Notes under the pieces: model-generated | What the model was told of the DNA's origin: nothing | Seen by the model: only the letters and a program-made list of their open reading frames with translations | Database searches by the model: none | Made by a program: the position numbers and the translations under genes | Shown: positions 10,339 to 19,694 of the stretch, piece after piece | Position numbering within the stretch: the first letter of the stretch is position 1 | Layout: every line of letters starts with the position of its first letter | From: a bacterium | GTDB lineage: Bacteria > Patescibacteriota > Saccharimonadia > UBA4664 > JBBRNT01 | DNA: 64,000 bases | Direction: 5' to 3' | Assembly: GCA_043767845.1 (NCBI GenBank) | Contig: JAYUFZ010000008.1 | Location: 4,242 to 68,241, forward strand

Positions 10339-10480
10339 TTGCGCTCCTTTGTCGAGGTACAAACGGAATAGGCAGTAGGCTTTGCCTATGTCGTTCAATG
10401 TAACAATAAGGTTACAAAAGCGCAAACTAAACCAGCTTCGGCAAGGCTCACTCAAAAGCCCTCGAAGTTGACTCTGACAC

Positions 10481-10508
10481 TAAAAACCACCCAAAGGGGT
10501 GGTTTTTA
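10481..10508. terminator. Terminator downstream of tRNA-Leu
   Basis: TAAAAACCACCC-AAAG-GGGTGGTTTTTA perfect hairpin. Confidence 0.85.
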
Positions 10509-10524
10509 CTACTTCATAATCACA

Positions 10525-10611
10525 TGGTACCGCTGGTCGGAATCGAACCGACACGAGGTTGCCCTCACGAGATTTTGAGTCTCGCGTGTCTACCAATTCC
10601 ACCACAGCGGC
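10525..10611 (-). tRNA. tRNA-Leu(CAA)
   Basis: Reverse complement GCCGCTGTGGTGGAATTGGTAGACACGCGAGACTCAAAATCTCGTGAGGGCAACCTCGTGTCGGTTCGATTCCGACCAGCGGTACCA; long variable arm, CCA end. Confidence 0.97.
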
Positions 10612-10781
10612 AAAGGAGCAGGAGAGTTACCATAACTTGTAAAACACTGCGAACTATGCTAGAATTACAGATTGCTGCAGTTCGACTTGGTCAAACTGCC
10701 TGGCATTCATAACCTACTCAGACTATCATATTTATAGCGCCTAGAACAGTCTTTTGCTCACACTAGGCCAGGGACGGTCAC

Positions 10782-11909
10782 ATGCAACAGCCCACCAAAT
10801 CACTTGATATCACACCTATTACGCCGGATCCAGTTGATCCGAGCTATTCGGCTACGCCAGCCCAACACACCCAACCAGCTAGCGAGCTATTTGCCGTAGA
10901 GGCCTACACCGACCGGCCAGAGCTCCACCAAGCACGGGCAGCTATTGCTTCGCTCCACGATGCCCACGGCTCTGTGCCAGCCACCCAGCTCCTCCCAAAC
11001 CAGATCGTCCGACCTATGGTAGCAGTTTCATCAATATCTGGCCCCAGCCTATCACCGCTGGCTAGCGCTACCGCTGGCGAGACACATTTCATGCCACTGA
11101 GCCAACCGACTTTCCCCAAGGCCACCCATCACGATAAGCGTCACGCCACCAAAAAGAACCGCGTCAAGCCGATCATAGCTGCTGTTGGCTCATTTGTGCT
11201 GTTGCTAGCACTTTTTAAGTCACAGATCATTTTCAGCCAGATCAGCTACCTCGGCCAAGCCAATAAAGCCTCAAGCAACGTGCCGGTCATTACCGGTAAT
11301 AACGAGCTTATTTCAGCAGACAGCGTCTTAAATATTCCCAAGATTAATGTCTCAGCGCCAATCGTATTCGTGCCCACGACCGAAGAATCCCAAATCCAAA
11401 AAGCACTCGAGGGAGGCGTTGTCCACTACGGGGGAACCGCCGAGCCAGGCCAAAAAGGCAATGCCGTTATCGTCGGCCATTCTTCGAACGACTGGTGGGA
11501 GCCAGGCAATTACAAATTTGTCTTCGTACTACTCGACAAATTGATCGTGGGCGACACATTTAGCCTGAATTACAAATCGACCAAATACGTCTACGAAGTA
11601 ACTGAGGTGAAAGTCGTGGAGCCAACCGAGCTTAGTGTACTGGCCCCAACCGCCGACCCGACTATTACGCTTATTACCTGCACACCCCCAGGAACCAGCT
11701 GGAAGCGCCTGGTTATTAAGGCTCGGCAAATTAGCCCTTCACCGACCAGCGCAGTGGCGACAACCACCACAGCCACCCCAACGCCAACCGGCGCCCTGCC
11801 CAGCAACCCACCAAGCTTCTTTGAGCAGATCGCCCAGTTCTTTGGCGGACTATTCGGCGGCAATAAAAAGAGTGAGACCCCTTCCGCAGGCAGCCTGCCC
11901 GGGCTTTAG
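10782..11909 (+). CDS. Sortase family protein
   Basis: GNAVIVGHS (His), TLITC (Cys) and KRLVI (Arg) catalytic triad after a TM helix; Pro-rich N-terminal extension. Confidence 0.92.
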   Translation: MQQPTKSLDITPITPDPVDPSYSATPAQHTQPASELFAVEAYTDRPELHQARAAIASLHDAHGSVPATQLLPNQIVRPMVAVSSISGPSLSPLASATAGETHFMPLSQPTFPKATHHDKRHATKKNRVKPIIAAVGSFVLLLALFKSQIIFSQISYLGQANKASSNVPVITGNNELISADSVLNIPKINVSAPIVFVPTTEESQIQKALEGGVVHYGGTAEPGQKGNAVIVGHSSNDWWEPGNYKFVFVLLDKLIVGDTFSLNYKSTKYVYEVTEVKVVEPTELSVLAPTADPTITLITCTPPGTSWKRLVIKARQISPSPTSAVATTTTATPTPTGALPSNPPSFFEQIAQFFGGLFGGNKKSETPSAGSLPGL

Positions 11910-11931
11910 TCGGACGCCGCGAGACACAGGG

Positions 11932-13368
11932 TTAATGTTTGGTCTCGATCGAAATAAGATCGGTTGTTTTCAGATCCGCCCCCAGCATCGGTAGCAGAAT
12001 GGCTTTTTGGTCGGCTGTCGAGTAACCTAGACCAGTCGTTTTTGCGAGATCTCGGGTATTAGCACCATCAAACTCGCTCCAGAACAGCTCACCATTTCTG
12101 GTAGTAAGCAAGTGGGCATTGTCAAACCAGCTGAGTCCGGTAACGCCAGTTCTCGAGTCAAAGGCATAGCTGCTACTCTTCTCCAGGTCATACACCCCAA
12201 CGCCATTCTCTGAGTAGTGTGACAAAAAGTGGCCATCAGCAGTAAAAGCCAAATGCAGCGCGTCTTTAGAAACAATTTTTGCCAGAGGGAAGCCGCTGGA
12301 TAGATCACTGTAGAGCGTGACAGTACGGGCCTTGGTTGGCAAAACGGCGAGCACATCCTGGTTCTTATAATTACTAAAAGCAATCTCGTAGCTATCGCTA
12401 TCAGCCAGCGCTTGCACGAGCTCTTTTTTATCTTTGCCGCTGTGGTCGATAGAGTATAAAGTTTTACCGAGCTTCGAGCTCTGGACGTAGAGTATTCGAT
12501 CAGCACCAAAAGCAAAGCTTGTGACACTCTCGGCAAGCACCGCCGAAACAGTCTGGGCATTGAGGTCTATTTTGCGTAGGCCTTCTGGGCTTACCCAGTA
12601 GAGCTCGCGCCAATTGCTGGGCGAGAATCGGAGGCTGGAGTTAAACTCATAGCGAAAAGTCTCGCTGAGGGCGATAGCCGCGCCAGGCGTGGTGGGGATG
12701 ATCTGATAATTGTTTCTCGGGCCAATGGTGGAATGTAGGAGCAGGTGCGAATTATCATCGGCCCAACTAACTTCGGCCAACACCTCAGCCGGAGTTTCGA
12801 CAACTTCGGGATTTATTGCAGTTTTGACCACCGCCGCCTTAGGCGTGTAAACCCGAGTCGGCTGGTGGCTGGTGGTGTCTAGGACCCATAGCCCAGCATC
12901 GTTACCGCTGGCCACGCTATAGGCAAACAGTTTATGGTCCTTAGAAGGCACAAGGCCGCTCATAGTCGGCTGGCTCAGCAGTGTGCTTGTTCGCAACTGG
13001 GAGGGGAGGAGCCAGATATACTGCACCCACACAACTTCCGAGGCTTTCACCTGGATTTGCTTCTGCCAAGGCTGGTAGCCGTCTTTGGTGACTGTATAAT
13101 TGTAGCTTTGGGCCTCGACTGTATTTCTAAATGGCGTCTTGCGATGGATATTCTTGCCGTTCTGCAGAATCGTCGCACCGGTCGGATAGGAGCCGATAAC
13201 CACCAGGCCGTTCAGCGTTGTACGGTGGTTTCTGAAGTCATAGCTGTAGCCACTGCCAATAGCCACAAGCACGATAGTACCGACAACGACGAAGCCGAAA
13301 CTACCGAAGAAGGATAGGATCGAGGCAATACGTTTCCAGCTGTTTTTTGGTTTTTTGCGAGGGCTCAT
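11932..13368 (-). CDS. PEGA-domain membrane protein with a C-terminal propeller-like region
   Basis: TM helix, then SYPTGATI..TP..KDGYQPWQK (PEGA), followed by WD40/PD40-like repeats. Confidence 0.82.
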   Translation of the reverse strand: MSPRKKPKNSWKRIASILSFFGSFGFVVVGTIVLVAIGSGYSYDFRNHRTTLNGLVVIGSYPTGATILQNGKNIHRKTPFRNTVEAQSYNYTVTKDGYQPWQKQIQVKASEVVWVQYIWLLPSQLRTSTLLSQPTMSGLVPSKDHKLFAYSVASGNDAGLWVLDTTSHQPTRVYTPKAAVVKTAINPEVVETPAEVLAEVSWADDNSHLLLHSTIGPRNNYQIIPTTPGAAIALSETFRYEFNSSLRFSPSNWRELYWVSPEGLRKIDLNAQTVSAVLAESVTSFAFGADRILYVQSSKLGKTLYSIDHSGKDKKELVQALADSDSYEIAFSNYKNQDVLAVLPTKARTVTLYSDLSSGFPLAKIVSKDALHLAFTADGHFLSHYSENGVGVYDLEKSSSYAFDSRTGVTGLSWFDNAHLLTTRNGELFWSEFDGANTRDLAKTTGLGYSTADQKAILLPMLGADLKTTDLISIETKH

Positions 13369-13498
13369 CGCAGCAATAATACTCCACCAGCGCTAAATTC
13401 TCAATCGACCAGCGGTCAGGTGCCTGGCTCCTCACAGGTTGGGTTCTGCTCGTTTCATGCTTCATGATTGACCCCAGGCTGCTATACTAGGGACAACT

Positions 13499-14506
13499 AT
13501 GTTTCAAAGACGAATTGCTATTGATCTGGGAACGGCCAACGTTTTGGTGTATGTGCCAAAGCGCGGTATTGTCGTAAACGAACCGAGCGTCGTGGCGCTC
13601 GATACTACCACCAATCGGATCCTGGCTGTCGGCACTGAAGCCAAAGAGATGCTCGGCCGCACACCGGAGACGATTGTGGCTTCGCACCCCCTGCGTGATG
13701 GCGTCATAGCCGACTACCGCATTACCCAAGCTATGATTAGGCATTATATAAACAAAGTCTCTAGCGGCTGGCGGATCACCCGGCCAGATGTCATGGTTTG
13801 CGTGCCCGCCGGTGCAACCTCTACCGAACGTCGGGCGGTCATCGATGCCACCCTAGCAGCCGGCGCGCGAGCAGCCTACATTATCAAAGAGCCAGTGGCG
13901 GCGGCTATCGGCGCCGGTATCCCAATCTCTTCGGCGGCCGGCAATATGGTTGTCGACATTGGCGGTGGCACCACCGAGATCGCTATATTATCGCTTGGCG
14001 GGATTGTAGCCTGGCATAGCGTCCGAGTCGGCGGCAATAAGATTGACGCGGCCATCGCCGACTTCATCCGCCGCAATTACGGGCTAGCCATTGGCGACCG
14101 AACGGCTGAAGAGATCAAGAAAGAATTGGGGAGTGCCTTACTGCTTACCAAGGACCGGCACATGGAAATCCGTGGCCGCGATGTGATCGCCGGGCTGCCA
14201 AAAACCATCACCATCCATGCCAATGAGATTACGACCGCCATTGGCGACGAGCTCGACAAAATAATCCTGGCTATCCGGACTGTGCTGGAGCAAACCCCGC
14301 CCGAACTATCGAGCGACATTATCGACAGGGGTATGGTACTCACCGGTGGCGGGGCATTACTCAAGAATCTCGACCGCTTACTATCCAATGTTACAGGCGT
14401 GCCCTGCGTCGTGGCCGAGGAGCCCTTACTCTGCGTGGCACGAGGCACCGGCATCGCCCTCGACAACCTGAACGACTACAAACGTAGTCTGGCAGGGATT
14501 CGCTAA
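13499..14506 (+). CDS. mreB: Rod shape-determining protein MreB
   Basis: IAIDLGTAN, NEPSVVA, PLRDGVIAD, VVDIGGGTTE, LTGGGALL motifs. Confidence 0.97.
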   Translation: MFQRRIAIDLGTANVLVYVPKRGIVVNEPSVVALDTTTNRILAVGTEAKEMLGRTPETIVASHPLRDGVIADYRITQAMIRHYINKVSSGWRITRPDVMVCVPAGATSTERRAVIDATLAAGARAAYIIKEPVAAAIGAGIPISSAAGNMVVDIGGGTTEIAILSLGGIVAWHSVRVGGNKIDAAIADFIRRNYGLAIGDRTAEEIKKELGSALLLTKDRHMEIRGRDVIAGLPKTITIHANEITTAIGDELDKIILAIRTVLEQTPPELSSDIIDRGMVLTGGGALLKNLDRLLSNVTGVPCVVAEEPLLCVARGTGIALDNLNDYKRSLAGIR

Positions 14507-15796
14507 ATGGGTGAGCTGACTGACCAGCCGATCGGACCAGGTCAAAAACTTGCTCAGTTAGCCAGTAGCGGCTTATTACTACTCGTAGCCATCATGCCCT
14601 TCCACGCCTTCTTGACGGTCTGGGTGGCTAGTTTCATCAGCCATCGCAGCCTCCTCCAAAGCTGGAAAGAATTGGTGATCGTCATGCTTATGGGTCTCGC
14701 GGCCTGGCAGGTTTATAAGCACCCCAAAAACCATCTACCAAAGATGAGGCGCCGTTATGTCTACTTCACATTGGCTTACGTTATTTGGGCAGTTGGGCTA
14801 TCGCTTATCCGCTGGCCTGGGGCCGTAAGCTTCGCTTTCGGCATCAAAACCGACCTTTTGTTCTTGGGCCTACTGCTTGCGACCACAGTTTTGGCTACCA
14901 AAAAGCTGGCCTCTCGCGCGGCCACAGTCATTTTAGCCACGACCAGCATCGTTGTCGCTTTCGGAACCCTGCAGGCATATCTTCTGCCAAAGGATTTTTT
15001 GGTGCACTTTGGCTATGGGCCGAGCACCATTGCCCCCTACCTTGGCCTCACTGCCTACACCACAGCTTTTCGTATTTTAAGCACACTTGGCGGGCCGAAC
15101 CAGCTCGGTTGCTTTTTAATCTTGCCACTCTGCCTGCTGCTAGCATCTGCCATACATAAATTCAAATGGTGGCAACCACTAGTAATGCTCCTGGGGATCG
15201 TCACGCTCTGGCATACGTACTCACGCAGCGCTTGGATTGGCACAGCCGTCGCCCTAACGGCGACTATAATTCTATCCACCCCGAGCGCGCTGCGGCGCAG
15301 GGTAGCACTCACGACCGCAGGAGTTGTGCTAGTTCTGGCTGGCCTGACCTATTACAGTTTCCAGCGCAGCGCCAGCTTGCAGAATTTCCTCTTGCATGGC
15401 AACCTAGCCAACTATGGGCGCCTCAATACCTCCGACGGCCAGCGCCTTGATGCCCAAAACCACGCGCTCAGTGTTATCAAAAGCCATCCGTTGGGCTTGG
15501 GGCTTGGTACCGCCGGACCGGCCAGCTTCCATAGCCAGCAGCCGATAATTAGCGAGAACTATTACCTGCAAATCGCCATCGAGCTGGGGATCCCGGGGCT
15601 TGTACTATTCCTATGCCTCCTAACCAGCCTTGGCCGAGCTCTCTACCAATACTGCAACCGCCCACTCGCCGCTAGCGCCCTGGCCAGCCTCATCGGCATC
15701 AGTATCGTAAATCTATTCCTGCATGGCTGGGCGGATAGCTCGACGGCCCTTGTCTGGGCCATCGCGGCCGGCGCAAGCATGAGGCACCATGACTAA
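14507..15796 (+). CDS. O-antigen ligase/Wzy_C-like polytopic membrane protein
   Basis: About 11 TM helices; R..STLGGPNQLG, TYSRSAWIG, HPLGLGLG, ENYYLQIAIELGIPG motifs. Confidence 0.85.
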   Translation: MGELTDQPIGPGQKLAQLASSGLLLLVAIMPFHAFLTVWVASFISHRSLLQSWKELVIVMLMGLAAWQVYKHPKNHLPKMRRRYVYFTLAYVIWAVGLSLIRWPGAVSFAFGIKTDLLFLGLLLATTVLATKKLASRAATVILATTSIVVAFGTLQAYLLPKDFLVHFGYGPSTIAPYLGLTAYTTAFRILSTLGGPNQLGCFLILPLCLLLASAIHKFKWWQPLVMLLGIVTLWHTYSRSAWIGTAVALTATIILSTPSALRRRVALTTAGVVLVLAGLTYYSFQRSASLQNFLLHGNLANYGRLNTSDGQRLDAQNHALSVIKSHPLGLGLGTAGPASFHSQQPIISENYYLQIAIELGIPGLVLFLCLLTSLGRALYQYCNRPLAASALASLIGISIVNLFLHGWADSSTALVWAIAAGASMRHHD

Positions 15797-16919
15797 AAAA
15801 GAACCGAAAGTAGCGCTAGTCCACGACTGGCTCAACACGAAGCTCGGTGGTGGGGAGCAAGTACTGCTCGACTTAGCCGAGCTTTACGCTGACGCCCCGA
15901 TCTACACCCTGTTGCTTGACGCAGACAAATACCGTGGCAAGCTCGACCTCTCACGCATCCGGACTTCAAATCTCCAAAAATGGCCAGCTGTCCTGCGAAA
16001 GCGTTCGCGCTATTTGCTACCCTTTGCCCCAAAGGCTATAGAGGGTTTTGACTTATCAGGCTACGACATCGTCATTTGTACTTCAAGCGCCTTTGCCGGG
16101 GGAGTTATTACTGGCCCCAAAACCTACCATCTCAGTTACTGCTTCTCGCCAATGCGTTATGTATGGGATTATTGGCCCCGCTACCTTCAGGAGCAGAACG
16201 TTGGTCCACTCCGGCGGGCGGCCATCCACTACCTCACCTCCAGACTGCGGTTATGGGACTACTACGCCTCCAAGCGAGTGAACAGCTTTGTGGCAATATC
16301 GCAAACCGTCAGTGCCCGTATTTATAAATATTATGGCCGACCGAGCCACATACTGTATCCGCCAGTTGACATCACGCCTTACGATATCAGCAATAAACAG
16401 GTCGGAGACTATTACGTCACCCTGGCCGCGCTAACCCCCTACAAAAAGATTGACTTGGCCATTGAAGCCTGCCAGGCCAGCGGCCGTAAACTGGTTGTCA
16501 TCGGCGAGGGGAGCGACCGCGCGCGCTTGGAGACCTTGGCTGGCCCGACAATACAGTTCGTCGGCCGAGTCTCAACCGAGGAGAAAGCAAGGCTCTTAAC
16601 GGCCGCCAAAGGGCTTATTTTTGCCAACGAGGAAGATTTTGGCATCGCCCCAGTCGAAGCCCTGGCCGCCGGCACGCCAGTTATCGCTTATAAGCGTGGG
16701 GGTGTCACCGAAACAGTCACCGACCGTGTTACCGGCTTATTCTTCTCTGAGCAGTCGACGGAAGCGCTGAAGCGTGCCCTTGATGAATTCGAAAAGCTCA
16801 CTTTCGACCCGAAGGTATTGCACAAATCGGCCGAAATCTACGACAGCCGGCAATTCGGAAGCAAATTTAGCAAGCTGGTAGAGAAGGGGTATCGTGAATA
16901 CATCAAGAAAAACAGCTAA
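15789..16919 (+). CDS. Glycosyltransferase family 4
   Basis: KVALVHDWL..GGGE, EEDFGIAPVEALAAGTPVIAY motifs. Confidence 0.95.
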   Translation: MTKKEPKVALVHDWLNTKLGGGEQVLLDLAELYADAPIYTLLLDADKYRGKLDLSRIRTSNLQKWPAVLRKRSRYLLPFAPKAIEGFDLSGYDIVICTSSAFAGGVITGPKTYHLSYCFSPMRYVWDYWPRYLQEQNVGPLRRAAIHYLTSRLRLWDYYASKRVNSFVAISQTVSARIYKYYGRPSHILYPPVDITPYDISNKQVGDYYVTLAALTPYKKIDLAIEACQASGRKLVVIGEGSDRARLETLAGPTIQFVGRVSTEEKARLLTAAKGLIFANEEDFGIAPVEALAAGTPVIAYKRGGVTETVTDRVTGLFFSEQSTEALKRALDEFEKLTFDPKVLHKSAEIYDSRQFGSKFSKLVEKGYREYIKKNS

Positions 16920-17751
16920 TACCAGCTTTCGCATTCTGGGAGTTGAAGTCGACGCCCTCACTATCGAAGCGGCGATCACCCAGATTACCAGCAAAGCCCA
17001 GGATCCCACCAGCACCAGTAGCTATGTGGTAAAGCCCTATGTGGAATTCCTAGAAAGCTGCATAGCATTCCCCGAGCAGATCCAGCTCTTAAATAATGCC
17101 GAGTGGTGTTTGTCCGATGGCGTGGCGCTCAACTGGGCCGCTCACTACCTCTACGGCGGCCGGCACAATCCACTCCGCCTCATCCTTACTATCCTTGAAA
17201 TAATCGTTTACCCGCGGGCCATTCGGCGCCAGCTCCCGGAGCGTTTCGGGGGTATCAATTTTACCTGGCCACTACTAGAAGAGGCCGCAAGGCAGCAGCT
17301 GAGTGTTTATCTGATCGGTTCCCCGAAACATAACCCTATCAGCCGCACCGCGGAGGTGCTCACAAAAAGCATCCCCGGACTCAACATTGCCGGTTTTTAC
17401 AGTGGCTACCTGGATAAGCGCCTCGAAGCAAAGTTGCTGGCTGAACTGAGCCGGTTGCGTCCGGACATTATCCTAGTGGGCATGGGCTTCCCCAAGCAAG
17501 AGTTGCTTATGGAAAGGCTCACTAGCCAGCTTAACCATGGTATTTGTATCGGCGAAGGGGGGACTTTTGACTATCGGCAGTTTGGCGGAACCGCTCCGAA
17601 AGCTCCCCGCTTTTTGCAGATTATCGGCCTGGAATGGCTGTTTCGCCTGGTACTGGAGCCTAGCCGTGCCAAGCGACAGATGGCCATCCCACGCTTCATC
17701 TGGCATGTCTACCAGCAAGGATTAGAACAGAATCGTCGAAAAAACGCTTAA
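16894..17751 (+). CDS. WecB/TagA/CpsF glycosyltransferase (GT26)
   Basis: ILGVEVD, DG, ILVGMGFPKQE, GEGGTFD, GLEWLFRL..EP.R motifs. Confidence 0.93.
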   Translation: MNTSRKTANTSFRILGVEVDALTIEAAITQITSKAQDPTSTSSYVVKPYVEFLESCIAFPEQIQLLNNAEWCLSDGVALNWAAHYLYGGRHNPLRLILTILEIIVYPRAIRRQLPERFGGINFTWPLLEEAARQQLSVYLIGSPKHNPISRTAEVLTKSIPGLNIAGFYSGYLDKRLEAKLLAELSRLRPDIILVGMGFPKQELLMERLTSQLNHGICIGEGGTFDYRQFGGTAPKAPRFLQIIGLEWLFRLVLEPSRAKRQMAIPRFIWHVYQQGLEQNRRKNA

Positions 17752-17808
17752 ATTCACCTCTGGAAGGTTGCGGGCGGTCTTATCTTGATGTAGCATAACT
17801 AGTATAAA

Positions 17809-19284
17809 ATGGTGCAAAGCGTGCAGCAGTGCAATAAATGTGGTAAAACGGAGCGGGTGATTATTGGCAGCAAGCAATATTGCTCATATTGTGGCATGCT
17901 CCAACAAAGCGACGCGTCTCCCACACCGAGCGCCGCCCCCACCCCGCAGCCCGGCAAAGTGTTTAGCGATTTGCGAGCCCCCATGCCCGGTAGCCTGGTG
18001 GCGCCGGCAATAGCACCAAATGTTACGTTACCAAGCGCGCCTCCCCAGGCAGCAGTGGAGGTAGCCGTACCAATGCCAAAACACGCACCGCTGACGATGA
18101 GTTCGGTCGCACCACCTACACCCCCGGCCGATAAGCCAGCGCACCACGCGCACCAGCCTACCCACCATAAGACCACATCAACCCAAGACATCAAGCCGAT
18201 TTCTAGGCCAAACCCTGCCGCCCGCTTCCACGCCACGCCACGGCCCGCGAGCAAGCCATCCACGCTTGACCTTCGAGCTATCACTCCGACCCCGGCCTCT
18301 GCACCCATCCCAGCGCCTAAGCCTACAGCGGTCACCCCAACCGCCCAGGCGCCTGCAACGATACCCACCCCCAGCTCGACTCCGGCCGCCATCATTTCGC
18401 CTTTTGGGCGCACCCAGCAGCGTCTAGCCAAGGCGACGAACACCACCCAGAGTTCAGCGATATCCAAGTTTGGCCAAATGGTTGCCGCTCGGATTGCGCC
18501 GACGCCTGCCCCCGTAGCTACCCAACCCGCCTTTACCCAGCCCCAAACCAAGCCAACCGACTCACTTTCTGGCCTCATCAGGCCGAATTCTGTTCAGCCT
18601 CAGACCGTCCAAGCAGCGCCCCCGGCCGCAAGCGCGCAGCCATTAGTCATAAATCCGCTTCAGCAGGCAACTGTCCCACAGATCCAGCCGCAAACCACTT
18701 TTGCCTCGAAATTGCCAAATTCGGTGGTAAGCCAGATAGAGTCGCTCGCTAAGGCCGCCGGCCCGGCCATGGCCGCTCAGTCGGCAGTAGGCCAGAATGT
18801 CTCCACCACAAAACCAGCCTCCTCGCCAGCCATCAAGCCAGCGACAGTTGTAGCCGCGATAGTGGCCATCGCCATTATGGGTGGCTACACTTGGATTAAC
18901 AATTACCCGAAAATGACTGTCAAAACTGCCGCTAGTAAGGCTGGCATCGAGGCCAGCATTCCCAGCTATCTACCAGCTAACTACAGTCTGGGGAACGGGG
19001 TCAGTTTTGCGCCGGGCGAGATCAGCTTTAACCTGCACAATGCCCAAACCGGCGACGATGTGGCTATCAAACAGCGCACCACAAGCTGGGACTCGAGCTC
19101 ACTGCTCGAAAACTTTATTGCCAAAGACACCAGTCAATACTCGTCGGTCCAGGGCCAGGGCCTAACAATCTATCTGTACGACAATAACAAAGCCAGCTGG
19201 GTAAACCATGGCATTTGGTATAGTATTGATGCAACAAATAATTTGACCCGAGACCAACTGCTCAAGATCGCCTATAGCTTGTAA
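17809..19284 (+). CDS. Membrane protein: N-terminal zinc ribbon, long Pro-rich linker, TM, DUF4367-like domain
   Basis: CNKC..CSYC, about 300 aa Pro/Ala/Thr-rich, one TM helix, then IPSYLPANY..ASWVNHGIWYSI..QLLKIAYSL. Confidence 0.75.
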   Translation: MVQSVQQCNKCGKTERVIIGSKQYCSYCGMLQQSDASPTPSAAPTPQPGKVFSDLRAPMPGSLVAPAIAPNVTLPSAPPQAAVEVAVPMPKHAPLTMSSVAPPTPPADKPAHHAHQPTHHKTTSTQDIKPISRPNPAARFHATPRPASKPSTLDLRAITPTPASAPIPAPKPTAVTPTAQAPATIPTPSSTPAAIISPFGRTQQRLAKATNTTQSSAISKFGQMVAARIAPTPAPVATQPAFTQPQTKPTDSLSGLIRPNSVQPQTVQAAPPAASAQPLVINPLQQATVPQIQPQTTFASKLPNSVVSQIESLAKAAGPAMAAQSAVGQNVSTTKPASSPAIKPATVVAAIVAIAIMGGYTWINNYPKMTVKTAASKAGIEASIPSYLPANYSLGNGVSFAPGEISFNLHNAQTGDDVAIKQRTTSWDSSSLLENFIAKDTSQYSSVQGQGLTIYLYDNNKASWVNHGIWYSIDATNNLTRDQLLKIAYSL

Positions 19285-19317
19285 GGGTCGCGCGCAATCA
19301 CTAGAAAGTGGGGGATT

Positions 19318-19665
19318 ATGGACTCAGACAAAGGATGGGAGCGGATAGTAGATGCCATCGACGAAAAATATGGTATCGCAAAGCATGGCCGCTACAAAGA
19401 GCCGCTGGAAGACAAGCCTGAACTCACGGCCGGTATCCAGTTCATAGAATTTAGCGCTAAGGGCAAAGACTTCCGCCTAGAGCGTGTTTCTAAGCCAGCC
19501 ATCATCGAGCGTAAGACTATTCACCACAAAGCAGCCAACTCCAGCGTGCGCTTTGAAAATATTTACGACCCGTCCGAAACCACCCACAAAACACTCTTCT
19601 TCGAACTGGTCGGCGGCGAGCAAAAGCCACTCAATCCCGAAGATATCGCCGCCACTCTTGCCTAA
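19318..19665 (+). CDS. Hypothetical protein
   Basis: 115-aa ORF with a GGGGGA SD, between two same-strand genes. Confidence 0.7.
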   Translation: MDSDKGWERIVDAIDEKYGIAKHGRYKEPLEDKPELTAGIQFIEFSAKGKDFRLERVSKPAIIERKTIHHKAANSSVRFENIYDPSETTHKTLFFELVGGEQKPLNPEDIAATLA

Positions 19666-19694
19666 TCAACCTAAGCAGGCTACGCTATAAGCCT

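Noticed and set aside
10393-10402. boxA-like TACATTGAAC upstream of the 8947..10338 gene
   Set aside because: TACATT fits equally well as the -10 of a TTGCGC-17-TACATT promoter, so it was not counted as a leader motif.
10524-10712. 62-aa ORF
   Set aside because: It is the antisense reading of tRNA-Leu.
17799-18578. 259-aa minus-strand ORF
   Set aside because: Shadow of the Pro-rich plus-strand gene.
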